64,000 nucleotides of DNA from Octopus bimaculoides (GCF_001194135.2 NC_069003.1:36497355-36561354); one strand, 5' to 3'; positions 49,831-63,932 are shown, counted from the first letter of the stretch. Numbers and translations are program-made. Notes: generated by a model not told the origin, from the letters alone.

Positions 49831-52819
49831 ATTGTTGGACTTGAAATTTACTACAGTATCAATATAGTGTAGGTTAAAAGATAAAAGAAAATACGCAGTC
49901 ATATCCATGCATTTAGTCTGGCTGTGAAATTAACCCCAATGAGGGGGGTTTTCGGTAGCTTCAGAAGAAGGCCAAAGCGGTCGATTTCATTGATATTTAA
50001 AACATATTTGCTGTTATTTAACCAGAGGTTTTATTTTTCCCTCACTTTCCCATAACGCCGATCAAAATACTAATTATCAAATTGCAAACAAAAATGTGGT
50101 TTAGACACAAATTGTGTAGATATTGACTGAAGGTTGACGGCTTGACAGGAATTATTTCAATTTGGATAGAGCAAGGATTATAAATGAATAAAATATACGA
50201 ACTCATATCCCTATGTTTATCGTCTCTCTGTGAAAAACCTTCGCTGCTCTAACTTTCTGTTTCTCTTTTTACTTACATTTAATCATTATTCTTCCAGACG
50301 GACCACTGCTGTTGTAGCTTTTGGGATTCTGCATCAAAATATTTAATTTCTTCCCTTCGCTGTTTGACGTTGGGGATCAGCTTTGACGGACTATGAGAGT
50401 GAAGGTATTTGATGTATGTGCTATGGTCGCTTGTGTATATCAAAGTTGAATCATACCAAGAAGTGTTGATAGCTGTCATTAAAAGCGGCCTCTATAAAAA
50501 AATCATAGCGCACTTGAGAAATTTTCCTCACTTCTATGAATGTCAGAAAATGTCACAACTGTAATTATTTAGAAATTTGAGTTGTGTACGGAAAATTATC
50601 CGACAACATAAACAACGGTTAGAAGAATATTATGTCAAGCCAGTTCCCAAAATACTAATGGGAATGTTTTCACAGAGTTATTCAAAAGGTTATCTGTCAT
50701 ACATTCCCTTATTTGGCGAATTCCAAAAAAACCTTAAAGTTTTGAAACGTATTTACACATAAAAATCTCCTTAACTTATCTAATTTTTAATCTCTCTCAC
50801 ATACAGACTTCCCTCATGACATACACAAAGAGGCAAAGCTGACAAAGAGGGTGAATGACACCGTCTACTCTGTAGACCAATACCGAAGGATCACCATATA
50901 TATNNNNNNNNNNGCAAGTGACCTGATCTGAGATCGTGTGCTGGAACGAAAACAATTGCAGTGGTGGGTGACAAACACAGGCAAAAAAAAAACACACACA
51001 CACACATATACAAAGGGCTTCTACATAGTTTCCATCTACTAGATTCACTCACAAGGCAGGGCATTGGTTGGCTTGGGGCTATATTAAAAGATGTTTACCC
51101 AAGGTGCCACACAGTGGGACAGAACCTAAAACCACATGGTTGCAGAGCAAGCTTCTTAAACACACAGCCAAGACTATATATTTTGAAATTAATATATTTT
51201 AATATGTTAAATATGCTCAATAGATTGTTTAGTATAACTAGTATAACTTGACTCTACCAGCCATCATGTTTCATATTTCAACTCTTTGTAAGAAATGGAA
51301 AAAAAAGGAAAAGTGTCGCAATATTGACTGGATTGCAGATAACACAAATTTGAACTAAGAAACTAGCGTCAAGATGAAGTACTATGATGCTGTTGTTGTT
51401 GTTGTTGTTGCAGTTGTTTTTAGTGATTATAAAAAGAGAAGTGAAAACTAGGAAAGTAAAAAATGAATCCGATAACTGAAATATAAAAATCATCCATTTG
51501 AATATCAATTAAGATAATTTTCTCTTCACTTTGAATAAACAAATTAAGAAGCAATCCCACTTTTTCAATTTTTATGACCTCATTTACAAGACATTTTTTT
51601 TTAACGCCATTCTTTAAAGCAATGGGGTTTTTTTTTGTTGTTGCTTTTTATTTCTTTCATTTAAAAATTTAAAACTCCATGCAGTGACTAAACTTTTTTA
51701 AAAGGACTATTTCTTTTAAGAATTAATCTTCTTCTGCTGGGAAATCTATTCCATGTTGATGTTCTTCAACAAGATTTCAAGCAGAGAAAAACAGAAATAA
51801 TGTCCCATTTCCCTTTGATAAATCTTAGGAATGTCAGAAATTTGTTGAAGATGTTTTGATTATAGTGTTGCCAGGCTTCTGTCATCACCAGAGAGAGGAA
51901 TTGTAACCTTTATACCCAACGTCTTTATTAAATGTGTTAAATATATTTATGCTATTTCTTTGGTATGTTGAAATGGTAATTTACCCACTGAAGAGTGGAG
52001 AGGGAATCACACACTACAGCAACCCCTGCATCTAAGTTAGTATTAGAAAAGTAAATACCCCACAGTCAGCTCCAGCATCCAGTTCTATAAACTGTGTATG
52101 AGCATGTGTGTGTGTGTGTTTATATACACATACATACATATATGCAAATGTGTAAGTATATTTACATACATATATATGTCTATATGTGTGTGCATATATA
52201 TATGTGTGTGTGTGTGTATATACATATATATTCATATACATGTATATATATATATATATATATATGTACACACACACATATACATATATATACATACCTT
52301 ATCATATCAAGATGATATTTTTTATATAAATAACACCAATATTAGTCTAAAATTCTGGCACAAGGCCAGCAATTTCGGGCTAAGGGGTAGGTCAATTACA
52401 TCAACCCCCAGTGTTCAACCTGCACTTATTTTATTGACCCAACGAAATAAGTACCAGTTGAACACTGGGGTTAATGTAATCGACTTAACCTCTCCAAGCA
52501 TTTTAATTAAAAATATTTAACAGATTTTTGTGCCTTCATTATAATTTGGTACTGCAATGTAGATTATTAGAGCATCTCTATTGATGCCAGTTTCTCATAT
52601 TCTTGGAGATTAATTCATTTAATGAAACCATTTATGCTGTATCTGAAAATACTAAAGAATGAGCAAAACTATTTCATACATAGAACCAAAAATATCTGTG
52701 GGGTTTTTTTGGGTTTTTTTCAAATTTTCTTTCCTTTGCAGTTTTTAGCAGATACATTGAGAGTAATAAAGAGAGTCAAAACATTTATATACAAAACATG
52801 TTTGTATTTACTCATCAGA

Positions 52820-53058
52820 CTTAGATACCATCTTGTCCTTCTTACCCTTGACCCCCAATGGAACAGTGTGGGTGTGACAGCTGGGAAGACATAGGACAGC
52901 ATCAGCACTTGGATGGAACTCATTTCATGTGAATAAACTGGAGCAATGTGAAAGGAAATGCCTGACTGAAGGACACAGCTTAGCACCCAGCCCAGGAATT
53001 GAACTCACAGCCTTATGATCATCAACCCAACACCTCTTATCACCAGGCCACATGCTTT
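52820..53058 (-). mobile_element. tRNA-derived SINE, old
   Basis: gagcaatgtgaa...gaaggacaca...caggaattgaactcacagcc...accaggccacatgc (reverse-complemented A/B boxes). Confidence 0.6.
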
Positions 53059-54480
53059 TGCATTTCTCTTAAAAAGACATTTTAGTATAATTTTGAAATG
53101 GAGCTTTTTCCTCCATTGCACAGAAAATTCAGTATTTATTAACACAGGCAAGATTTATTAATGGTTATGAATTGCTAATACCAGTCCAGATGCCATTATG
53201 GTGTATTTTGGTTGGAAATTGGCAGACAGCCATTTATAATACTGACTTGAACTTTGTGCGTAGAAGTCGAATATTTTAACCAAATAAAACAATTGATCCT
53301 CTCTAACAGCTTCTTGCCACAGCAATTTATTCATCTAAAACTTGGAAATACAACAATAAAAATGGAAAAATTTCTTCAGCCACAACCTTTTCATGACATT
53401 TTATTTGATAGAAGAATAGAGTGACCACATTGTTAAACAACATTTCTAAATGTTCTTACAGAATTCCCAGACTCAGCTGAACAACAATAATCCATTCTGC
53501 TTACTAATTTTATTTCTTCTTCAATCTTCAGTACCGTAATTGATTCCATCAACTACAATACTGCCTCAGTTAACCTTAATTATGTCTTCATTAAACAGCA
53601 GACGGTAACTTATTACAGAATGTAATTACAGTCTTGTGCATAACAACCAGATGAAGACATTAAATCTTCTGCTACAATTCTACACAGCTTTGCCAGACTT
53701 TGTAAAATATCAGAAAAGTATATGTTCGTGTATTTAAGAAGAAAATATTAGAATTTTTCTTCATTTCTGGGATCTCTTCTGACCATTTTCAACAAAGATC
53801 CTTTGAGAACTTGTTATTGAATTAGGAGCGGGCAATCACCCATCCATATTCTTTAGAAGCTGCTCAAAGAAATCCAGAGACTTATCAGTGACCTTTTTCA
53901 CCTCTTAATGTCTTATTTGGAATGGCCACAAAAACAGAGCCTACTTCCTTAGCAATGTGTAAACTGCTGCCGTCTTGATCATGCAAACCCCATAGATGAA
54001 GATGCTGTGTTTGTGCTGGCCCTAGCCATGACTATGTCTGTTTCTCTGGCAAAGAATGTGGCTTGAAATAATTGTGAAAAGGTTGAACAATTTTCATGAA
54101 GCCGTTGGTCAAAAAGAATCAACATCTACAGTTGTGGTTACAAGGAAAGCCTTGATAAATTTATAATCAACATATAATTAGATTAATTAATATATTGATA
54201 CTTTAGAGATACTGCCACAAGTTTTATAGATGAGGATGCTTACAAAAATCTCTCCCTCCAAATATGTCCTTTGAAATAACCTGGCACTTCAGTCTAACAG
54301 ATTGATTCTTTGTCTTTCACTCTTTCAAACAACTTCTTATGGTTTTTTTGTTTTTTTTAAATACAAATGTGTGTTTAAATGTTTTGCTTAACTTGTATTT
54401 CTTTCTTATTTTGAGACATAACTTTCATATAGCTTTGTTATATTTAAATTTTGATTATGAAAAGATCTGTTGCTCTACAA

Positions 54481-54642
54481 CAGATGTGAGCCACCTTCTT
54501 TGAGAAACGGGCCACGTGAGACACAGCTCATCCCCAGACATGGCTGCACTACTAAATAAAAAATCAAATTTTTGTTGATGTGCCATTCAGAAAGTCCTAC
54601 GGGTCTCATGCAGCTCCAAGGCCACTGTTTGCTCAAAACTGT
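54481..54642. mobile_element. hAT (Charlie-like) MITE family copy
   Basis: ctttgagaaacgggccac...ctgcactactaaa...gtgccattcagaaagtcc, shared with the 10085 and 21150 copies. Confidence 0.6.
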
Positions 54643-55918
54643 TTTACATGTCCCTATGGTGTTAAGCCCCTCTTTATAATCTTTCATGCCTATGTAATGA
54701 TTTGAAACCATTTGTTACTAAATCCCATTGGCTTCTTCCTTCAATGGGAATAAACAGCTTCTTGTTGATGATGATGATGATGATGATGCTACTGAGCACT
54801 CAGGTTCTCTCTACACCCACTGAGTACAAGGGTGAGTTGTAAGAAACAGCAGCAGATGACAATGCCTTCTTATTGACTCTTCACAAATGATAAATCACTG
54901 CAGCATTCTTGGTGCCTATCCACTTCCTAATACTACAGATTCCTATATCCTATTTCCTGGAATAAATTCTATAGTAAATTGGATCTGAAAACAGTATACC
55001 ATCAGGTTCTGCTTCACAATGATGATGATGATGGTGATGATGATGATGGTGATGCACATTTCAAGTTAATGGATGTTTATTTCATTAGTGACTGTTTGGT
55101 ATGACTAATGCTGTAAATGTTTTTTTCAAAAAATAATGGATGGTATAATTACTAGCAACGATATTAACGATGTTATTATCGTTGGTAAAATTATCGAGGA
55201 AGATGAAGAGAACACGGCTAAATTTATTTCAACATTGAACAATGACAAATGTCTTTTATACCAAAACATGCAATTGTTGCCAAGGATACAAAAAAAATAA
55301 AATAAAAAAAAGGAGAAGATAATTCTCTGCAACTTGATCCCCCCAAAAATTGAAATCCTTTATTATTTGATGCTTACCGGTACCAAATAACAACAACAAT
55401 CGTTAGGTTTGTTTAGTAATTACTCTAAATGTGTGGCTCCTTTTGAAAAACTAATTCAGTTCCTGCTAACAGCCATTTTGCCATTGCACAAACAAAAGCA
55501 AAAACAACAATCTGATTCTATTCATTTGTGTACTTAAAAAACTTCAATAGTTAATGCATCACAAACTCTCTCTCTCCCCTTCTCCTTTTCCCCTCCTACT
55601 TTTCTTGATGTTCTTCTGCATGTTGGAACTGTTGCTTCTGGACTCATGGTATTCAATGTCCTTTCACAATGTAATAAACCTGCCACTTTCTTCTGCACAA
55701 CTCCTTCTTATCCACATTAAAATCTCTTATCAGCCGAGAAAGATGTTTTGGCTATCCTAAAAAATGTGTTAGGAAATAAGAGACCCTTATGTTATTTTTA
55801 GATAATTTAAATTACGCATGATCTTAATTATATTTAATGACTAAAGAAGAAGTAAAAGGAAGAGTGATAAGATTGTTTGTTGATTCAGAAATATTTGGCT
55901 GATAATTATTACATCAAC

Positions 55919-56066
55919 ACACAGCTACCCCCACCAAATAGTTCTTTATAACTTAGCAAATGTTACTCTCACCAGACACTCCTCTATAACATAGCTTTTG
56001 ATACTCTCATCAGATGCTCTCCTATAACACAGCTACTGATACTCTCATCTGATACTCCTCTATAAC
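55919..56066. repeat. 38-bp minisatellite, 3 copies plus a partial copy
   Basis: Units 55953-55990, 55991-56028 and 56029-56066 (..agc...gatactctcatc.gat.ctcctctataac) are directly adjacent with no spacers. Confidence 0.85.
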
Positions 56067-59000
56067 ATCTGGAATCACAGATTTACATCAGCTTTTGTGT
56101 TGTCCAGGAGAGACTTGGTGGTGGCACAATGTCAGTTCTAAGAATTAGCCATTTTCAATGAAAGCTGTTAGAAAAAGATCTCTAACAAATGCATTTCATG
56201 CTTGGAATAGAAACCGTAATTCTACCATTCTCCTCATGCCAAGATTATAATATCCCCACAACAATTCAAGTATTTCAGTGTTGGTTTCAAAAATCTTCAA
56301 CCATCATCTAACTCTCATCCCTGTTTGTGTTTATAGATGAATACTCAAGGTTTTCCTCTACGTTTGTATTTTCTGATATGACAGCTCCTGCAATAACTCA
56401 CTGTCATGCACCATAACAAACTAGAAGCCTCATGTAAGATGATATTTAACATTCAATGTCACTTGTCACTGATTTCTGGATGGCTGTCAGAGGTTGGTGA
56501 AGTTTCACTTTGATAAGTTAACTCAAACAATAAATATGAGCCAAAGGAGAATCGTAATTAACAAATTGACTCTGTACATCACTGTGGTCACTAAAAAATA
56601 TCTAAATGGTTGAACTGACATAGCAAAACCAAACTCCATAGGAAATTCTGATTCTACAGAATCTATTCTTTTCTACTATTCTTTTCAGGAACAAGGCCTG
56701 AAATTTGAGGGGAGGGGGCTAGTTGATTTCATCGACCCCAGTGCGTAACTGGTACTTATTTCATCAACCCTGAAAGGATGAAAGGCAAAGTCGACCAAAG
56801 CATTTCGTTCAGCATGCTAATGATTCTGCCAGCTCGTCACCTTTCTACAGAATTTATTGGTGATTGTTGCAATGTTGACTTGTTAAAGAATCCAGTCCAA
56901 GCAAGATGTGGGTCTATTGATGGATGTTTCATTGATGAATGCTGCAATGGTATGTTGAGAAGCTGCAATCACTAAGCATGTCAGTGGGAGCAGACCAGTG
57001 TTGATATGGTCTTTGATGAAGAAATAATGGCTCAACCAATCAAAATTCCTGATCAGTCAACAAAGATCTGGAAAGTATCAAAAGAACTAAATCTTTAAAT
57101 TAATAGTGAATGCTGCACATTGTTCCTTCCAGTTTGGGGCCATTATGGTATATTTTAGTTGAAGGCAGTAAATAATTTGGAATAAATACAGACACATGTT
57201 GGTGGTTCATAAAATGAATATTTTAGCTGAATAGAGCAATTGATTCTCAGGAACTATTTCTCATTCCCCGAAATTAATTAATGAATTAATGAGCTATTAG
57301 AGTCTTCAATGAACAAAGAGTACCAAGGAATTGTAGAATCATCATGGAATATATTAAAACATTAGCTAAATGAATAATGAAAATCTTATCTGCCATTTGT
57401 TAAGACATTTATAAATAGACATACACAGGACAGACATAAAAATCTAAAACATACCATATTCTTTAAATCACCAAAGAAATAAAACACTATGAAATTCTTT
57501 GACTATCACACCATGGTATCAAAGTTATTTTAAAGGTCACATTACATAGAGATGAGAAAATGCCAGATGCTAAAATTGGTGAAATATCATTAGGATTCAC
57601 AAACGGACAGTGAATTTGAGAATAGTTTTTGAAAAGATATATTTAGATTGTAAATACCACAAGACACTGATTAAATACCTCATGAAATTCCAAATTAGCA
57701 AAGAATATTTCTAACTTATAATAGGCAACTACCATTTGACTAAAGAAGGATTTTCCCAGTGAATTTGCAATAGAATAAAGAGTATAGAAGGGTGTATTGT
57801 ATAAAGGAATATTTTCAGCATCTACACAGGAAGTGTTTTTGAAAAAGCCCAAGATAAAACTAGAATGATCATTACAAACCTAGGATATCCATGTAGCATT
57901 AAAATTAAGTTAAAGAAGACTGTATGAAAAACAGATCTTATGATGCATGTGAAAAGGATATTTGGTAAAGCCCTGGCAAAAAGAGGTTCATCATGAAAGT
58001 TGGGGAATAGAATTGCAACAAACATGCAATCTTTTAAGTACTTGGAACAAATTGTAATTTCAACAACGGATGATAACAAACAGTCAAACAGAATCTTTTA
58101 AAGGAGGAAAACAATGAGTTTGAAGACTTAACCATGAGATTTGATAGACGTGGTGGGGGGAAGGGGGCACATACTGTGATGGTGCAGCGGCTGAGTTGTA
58201 AGAAGCGAGAGATAAAGTGGGCAACTTTATTAAAAAGTTCTCCTGGCAGATGTGATGCCGGTGAAGTCAAAGAGGTTGCCATTTCTTAGAGATGAAATGC
58301 ACTGTTATTTGTTGGTGTTGGTACTTCTAGAGAATGGGGGGAAGATTTAGAATTCATAGGGATCTGCTTGGGAGCACAAAGTTGGGGACAATGACAAGGA
58401 ATGGTGAACTATTTGAGGATTATGGGATCAATATTTTGAATTGTTTTAATAGTTTGTCCCACTATGAGATTGTTTGCTATTCCCATTTCCAATTTATCAT
58501 TTGTAGAAAACTGCAGACATCATTCTGCCTTCTGTTTATTGTTATCTGGAATAACACTCAGGAAAACTCTGTAAAAATATCTTTACCCATCAACAGTCTT
58601 ACAACTTGGTATCTGGTAATCTCTTCACAATTCACGAGTCCCATCTTTAGATAACCAACTCCACTGACAAATAAAAACAGACAAAATTTGTAGAGACTTC
58701 AGATAAAGAAAAAAATTGCTCGTCTAAAAATTGAGGTCTTCAGATTGGAGCCGACTGATGTTTACTTCTTATGACAGTCACATGACTTGTCTGTCCTTGA
58801 GCCAGTTTCTTGATGACAACTGACAGAAGTGGTGGAAAGCAGTGACAGTGCTGTGATGTTAGCTGGAGATGTAGAAATGCCAGGGTATTTTTCTGCTGAA
58901 TAAGTTTTTACTACATAAATGGAGCCAATCTCAAATTGATAAATTAGCACTTTTACATTACAACAATCCAGTTGTTGACATGATGCCAAAAAGATGAACA

Positions 59001-61394
59001 GTGATACCAAACTTTTTTCATTGTTTAGGCTTCGTGCCAAAATACCCTTCTGTTCAAAAACTGATTTGTAACATACATTACAGTCTGGCTCAAAGACTTA
59101 CTATTTTTTTGCCTTGCACACAATTATAATTTTTGTGAATAACATCTCAATATATTGAAATGACATGAAATTCTTTCTCAGAAAGCAACTTTGATTGCAT
59201 TTTCTAGACATTTTTTTCATTGAACAGTATCATTTTCAATATTGATTTTCACCTCTGGCATTACATTGAACTTAACTTTTCTCTCTTAAAAGAAAATTTC
59301 TAATATTTTCATTACTTTTTATATTCTCTCATGAACTGATTTTCCTACAAAGTTTTCTAATTATCAGTGAAAAGTTTGAATAATCTTAGTCCTGGCCCCC
59401 ATTTCTGTTTGTAATATTAAATTGCTGAATTAGTGAAAGATACATTCTTTGGTTTTTATTTCTTTCCTTTGTAATATAATCTTGTCTGACACACATGCAT
59501 TCATGATGCAACTAGACTTGCAGGCTATGTGCATTAGTGTCCTTGTGTGGTCAGATGAATTTCTATTTCTCATCTTGTAACAAATGGAGACCTTCAACTT
59601 TAATTTTCAACCATCCTAACTCTTTTATTCCTTTGTCAGACAGTAAATATAGATATGTACATACAGATACACACATATACAGGGTGCGATGGGTAAATTG
59701 TCACCATTTTATATTTTTAATTTCACGCATGCACATTGTTTTTGATACTGTCATCTACTCAGTATTAGTAGGGTTAGTTAATCACCAGCTGTGAGAAAAA
59801 AGAGAAAGAGATGCTGTGACAGTCTTGGTAGGTGGGTGGGGGCCATCGGATCTTTCTTGGCTAAATTGGGGCTGCCATTGAAGCTGAGGCCAGTTTTGTT
59901 GAATGGTCTCTGTTTCTTTGATGTACTGAGTTGAAGGTGTGTATATGTACACATATACAGAGATATACACATACATATCAGCATCAGCATTGTTTTTAAA
60001 TCTACTTTTCATGCTGGCATGGATTGGACAGAGTTGTTACAGCCAGAGTCAGCTCTTGAGTTGTAGTCTTGTCAGACAGGTTGGGGGACCACGTCTCCCT
60101 TGAATGTCGAGTCAGGCATGGTTTCTACAGATAAAAAAACCTTCTTAATACAGAACATTTTACAGAGGGAACTAGATGCATTTTATTGTAGCACCAGCAT
60201 TAGAGAGGTGGTCATGTCCTCAACAAGACAAAACTAAGAGTTCTCTTCATGCTCTATTGTGTCTACTTATACACAACACATTTTACAGAGTAAACTGAGT
60301 ACATTTTCTTGTGGCACCAGCATCAGTGCTGTTGCCCAGTACACAGCAAAACTAAAGGAGCCTTCACTATCTTGCATTGATTCCTTTTGTTTGAGACAAT
60401 GTGACTAAAAGAGTTGGCAAAAGGGAGGGAGATTATAAAGAAAGAAGAAGAACGAAAGGGAGAAACAAGTGAGAATATTGAGGAGGAGACAGAGTAGTTT
60501 GGAAGAGGATGGTGAAAAGTGGGGAACAGGGTTAAGAATAATAAGAGAGGGAGAGAGAGAAGAGGGGAGTTTTGTGGTATGAGTAGAGGTTTAACAAGAC
60601 AGCAATAGTACGAGTTAATGAGAGATAGTGAGTATGAGGGATAATAACAAAAGGGTTGGTACTGTGATAGATGCTAATAGTGAATGACCTGAAGAAGCAG
60701 AAGTGGAGACGAGCAGTATAGATGGGTGATGTAGGCAGGTATAAGAGGAGGGGGAATAAATGATGAGTAGAGGAGATGGTAAAGGAAAGAGAGTGATGAG
60801 TACCTGAGAGAGTGGGGGGGGAAGAAGGTTGGTGGGAATATCAGATGCAGTGCAATCTCTGATTAACCAGATGTCGTGATGGGGAGAAACACTGACAGTA
60901 ACTATGTAAATACATATATTGGGGGGGGGGGTATCAGATACCAATAGATCTGACGCAATCTCTTAATACACAGGCATCTTCATGAGAGGGAGACACCAGA
61001 TGCTGGATAAAGATTGACAGTGAGTGATGGAAGGTGAGAGATGTATTAAATACTGGTAGGAAAGAGAGAGAAAAAGACAAAGAGTGTGTGTGTGTTTATA
61101 GACAGAGCTAGTGTTTCTAGGTGGCAAGAAAAGAGAATGGGGAGGAATAGTGAGAGATGAGAAAGTACCAGATAGGCAAAAAGAGGAGTAGGTGGAGAAG
61201 TAGTAGGTATAAAAAGGCTAAAAGCAGCCCTTTTTTTTTTAACCTATTAATCCTTTTCCTAATCAATTTGACAATAAGACTCTTTTTGTAACTTTCAGAA
61301 CCTGATCTAACAATTTGATGTCTCTGAAGTTTCTTTCTGTGCGTCTGGTTTACTCTTACAACAGATAAACATTTCAACCTCTGTTACTGGCCCC

Positions 61395-61800
61395 ATTTCA
61401 AAGTAAATTTTATCATGCTTGCGTGGGTGGTCAGGTCTTCTTTATCCCCATCTATTACCAAGCAACATGGTCTTTTATCATCTCTCTTCCATGATGCAAC
61501 ATCTTGAGATCAATCTTCACCACTTCCTGAATTTCCCCTCTTCCACAGGTTCCATTCATTTTGAAGGCTCAGCATCCATATGCTTCACCTGTCCATCCTA
61601 ATGCAGTCTTCTTTCTTGCACACCTGATTCTTCTCATACCCAGTTTTACTCTCTCATATAGACACACACTAACATTACACATCCAATTAAGTTCTTGTCT
61701 TTAATTTTTTTCAGAAGTCTTTGCAAATCCTCTGCATTCAAAGCCCACATCATATTACCCTTCAGTATCGCACTTGGTACACAATCCTCCTACATTCTGC
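61395..61800 (-). mobile_element. RTE LINE 3' end, decayed
   Basis: Minus strand gives remnants of RxKLGxRxIRC.xxERRLxWxGxVxxM...GTCGRG, the RTE ORF2 C-terminus. Confidence 0.75.
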
Positions 61801-61921
61801 CTGCACACACACATATTTACATATAAATACCCCCAAGTATGTACATTATATATAAAGAATTTTGATGTGAAACTGTTGAAACCAATATTACAACATTTAG
61901 AAAGAGTCATATTACTAAAGG

Positions 61922-61962
<41 letters not shown>

Positions 61963-62844
61963 CATACATACATACATATATATATATATGTGTATACACA
62001 CTCAACGTTTGTTCTTATTTTTCCCTCAAATTATTCTTCACCATACTTATTCCTGTGGCTTTCACAATGAGTATAGCTTTTCAGACAGAGAAATTTTTTC
62101 ATTTGAAAATCTATACCCATTGAGAAGGCCACAAGAATAGTGTGGAATAAACATGGTCTGTCTGACAAGAAAATATTAGGAATAGTGTAAAATTTCTTTC
62201 TCTTAAACTTGTTTGGATCTTTTTTTTTTTTTGAGAAATTTGAAAGGAGGGTGTTAATAAACTTAATATGCTAATAAACTTAAAGTTTTAGCAGAATTCA
62301 TCTTTTTATAATAATTTAATCATCTAAAGTTATTTTTCTTCAAAGTGCTCTTTATCAGCTATAGTAATTTAAAAGCCATTTACCACTTTTTATATCCTAG
62401 AATAGGGATTGCTGCTGCAGATAAAAGGGAATGCTGGTTTTGAAAATGGATTGTTTTGCAATATCCTAAAACTATTTGCATAAATTTCCAGAAAAAATAA
62501 CTTAAAATAAATTAAATCCAATGAAAAGCTAGAAAATATGAAAAAAAAATCACTTAAAGTTTGACAAGAATGATTCACAGCATTGCGTCTCAATTAAAAT
62601 CAATATCTGATTTTAAGTAAATTTTATTTGTAATGGGAAAATCTCCATAAATCTTTGTTTTTCCTTCATTGCTTTCAGTTTTTTGCTTGTTTGTGATTTA
62701 TAAACTACGACTGAATGGTAAATGTGCTTAAACTTTTAAAACTCTAATTTCTTTTTCAAAATTTTGATTACACATTATGAAACAAAATATATCTGCTATT
62801 CAGCATGGTGCTACATGAACTCTGAATTTTGTACAGTAGATCAC

Positions 62845-63064
62845 CATTTAAGCCTTTAGGATTTAGACCAGCCATTTTAGGCCAAAATATTCTGCTTGTT
62901 TTACATTCAAATTAGCCAGATTTGTCCCTTCACACCTACTCTACAATGTCATTCTAAAAATAAACAATCGCATCAGTGGAATCTCAAAGCTACAAGATAA
63001 TGCTTGATTACTTCAAAACAAAGTGAATTACATTTGAGAGAATAATTCAAATGCTAAAGGATCA
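62845..63064. mobile_element. TTAA-type (piggyBac-like) MITE
   Basis: ttaagcctttaggattt ... aaatgctaaaggatcaa reciprocal ends. Confidence 0.55.
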
Positions 63065-63068
63065 AACC

Positions 63069-63225
63069 AGTGAAAGCCAGCCTGCGGCCTAGGGGCTGCA
63101 ATGTAGCCTGTGGGTCCTTTTAAATGGTAAGCCTAAACAAAAATTCACTTGAATATTTTAGTAGTGTGGCATGCCTGATGATGGGCTGTGCTTCATGTGG
63201 CCTGCTTCTCAAAAGCAGTCGCTGA
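63069..63225. mobile_element. hAT (Charlie-like) MITE family copy
   Basis: cagcctgcggcctagggg...ttttagtagtgtggcatgcctgatgatgggc, matching the 21150 copy. Confidence 0.55.
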
Positions 63226-63606
63226 TTTAAATAGAAGCATCGTATTTAAAATAAATAAACCTTGAAAATTATCAGGAGTTTGCTGTTTCTTTCAACGGAG
63301 AGAAAAAAAATCTATTTTAACATTGAGAGACAAAAGAAGTAAGATTTTATGTTAAGTGTCTGCTGTTAAAATAACTAGTAAAATACATTCAAATATTATT
63401 TTAGTCTGTTATGCATGGAAAAAGATTTTAAAAATACAAAATTTTCTTTGTAAGTTTCTTGTGGGGCAGAGATGGTGGCTGAAGGTTAGGGGTAAGGAGC
63501 TGATTAATACGACTCAATATGTTGAACAACTTGCTCCCACCCACATAGCATGCACTTGATACATTGAGGTCAAACATCGTAAAGTTTTTTTTATCTTATC
63601 ATATTA

Positions 63607-63640
<34 letters not shown>

Positions 63641-63932
63641 TGGCTGTGTAACAGATAATCTGGCAAACAAATAAAACAACGAGAAGATAGTCTCTAAAAT
63701 TTTAAGACGTTTAAGTTACAAATATTTCTTTTATGTACAACAAAATACATAAATTCTTCTTGTTTTGCATGCAAAGACGCAAACACACACACACACATAG
63801 ACACACAAACACACAGACATACGCATGCACAGAGACATTTAGATATACAGATGCAAAATCTTGAAACCCAGCAGATTCAGTAATTTCAGTCACTAGTAAT
63901 TTTCGTCATGGTTTTATGATCATGAGAACATT

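Noticed and set aside
50393-52760. Plus-strand gene starting MRVK and continuing at the 52741 acceptor
   Set aside because: No recognisable protein or further consistent exons could be built.
55136-55300. 54-aa plus-strand ORF MDGIITSNDIND...
   Set aside because: Short, with no splice or family evidence.
55953-56066. CRISPR-like repeat array
   Set aside because: The units are contiguous without unique spacers, there are no cas genes, and the context is eukaryotic.
60400-61110. Purine-rich tract with a 109-aa minus-strand P/S/L-rich ORF
   Set aside because: Low-complexity strand bias explains the open frame; no motif recognised.
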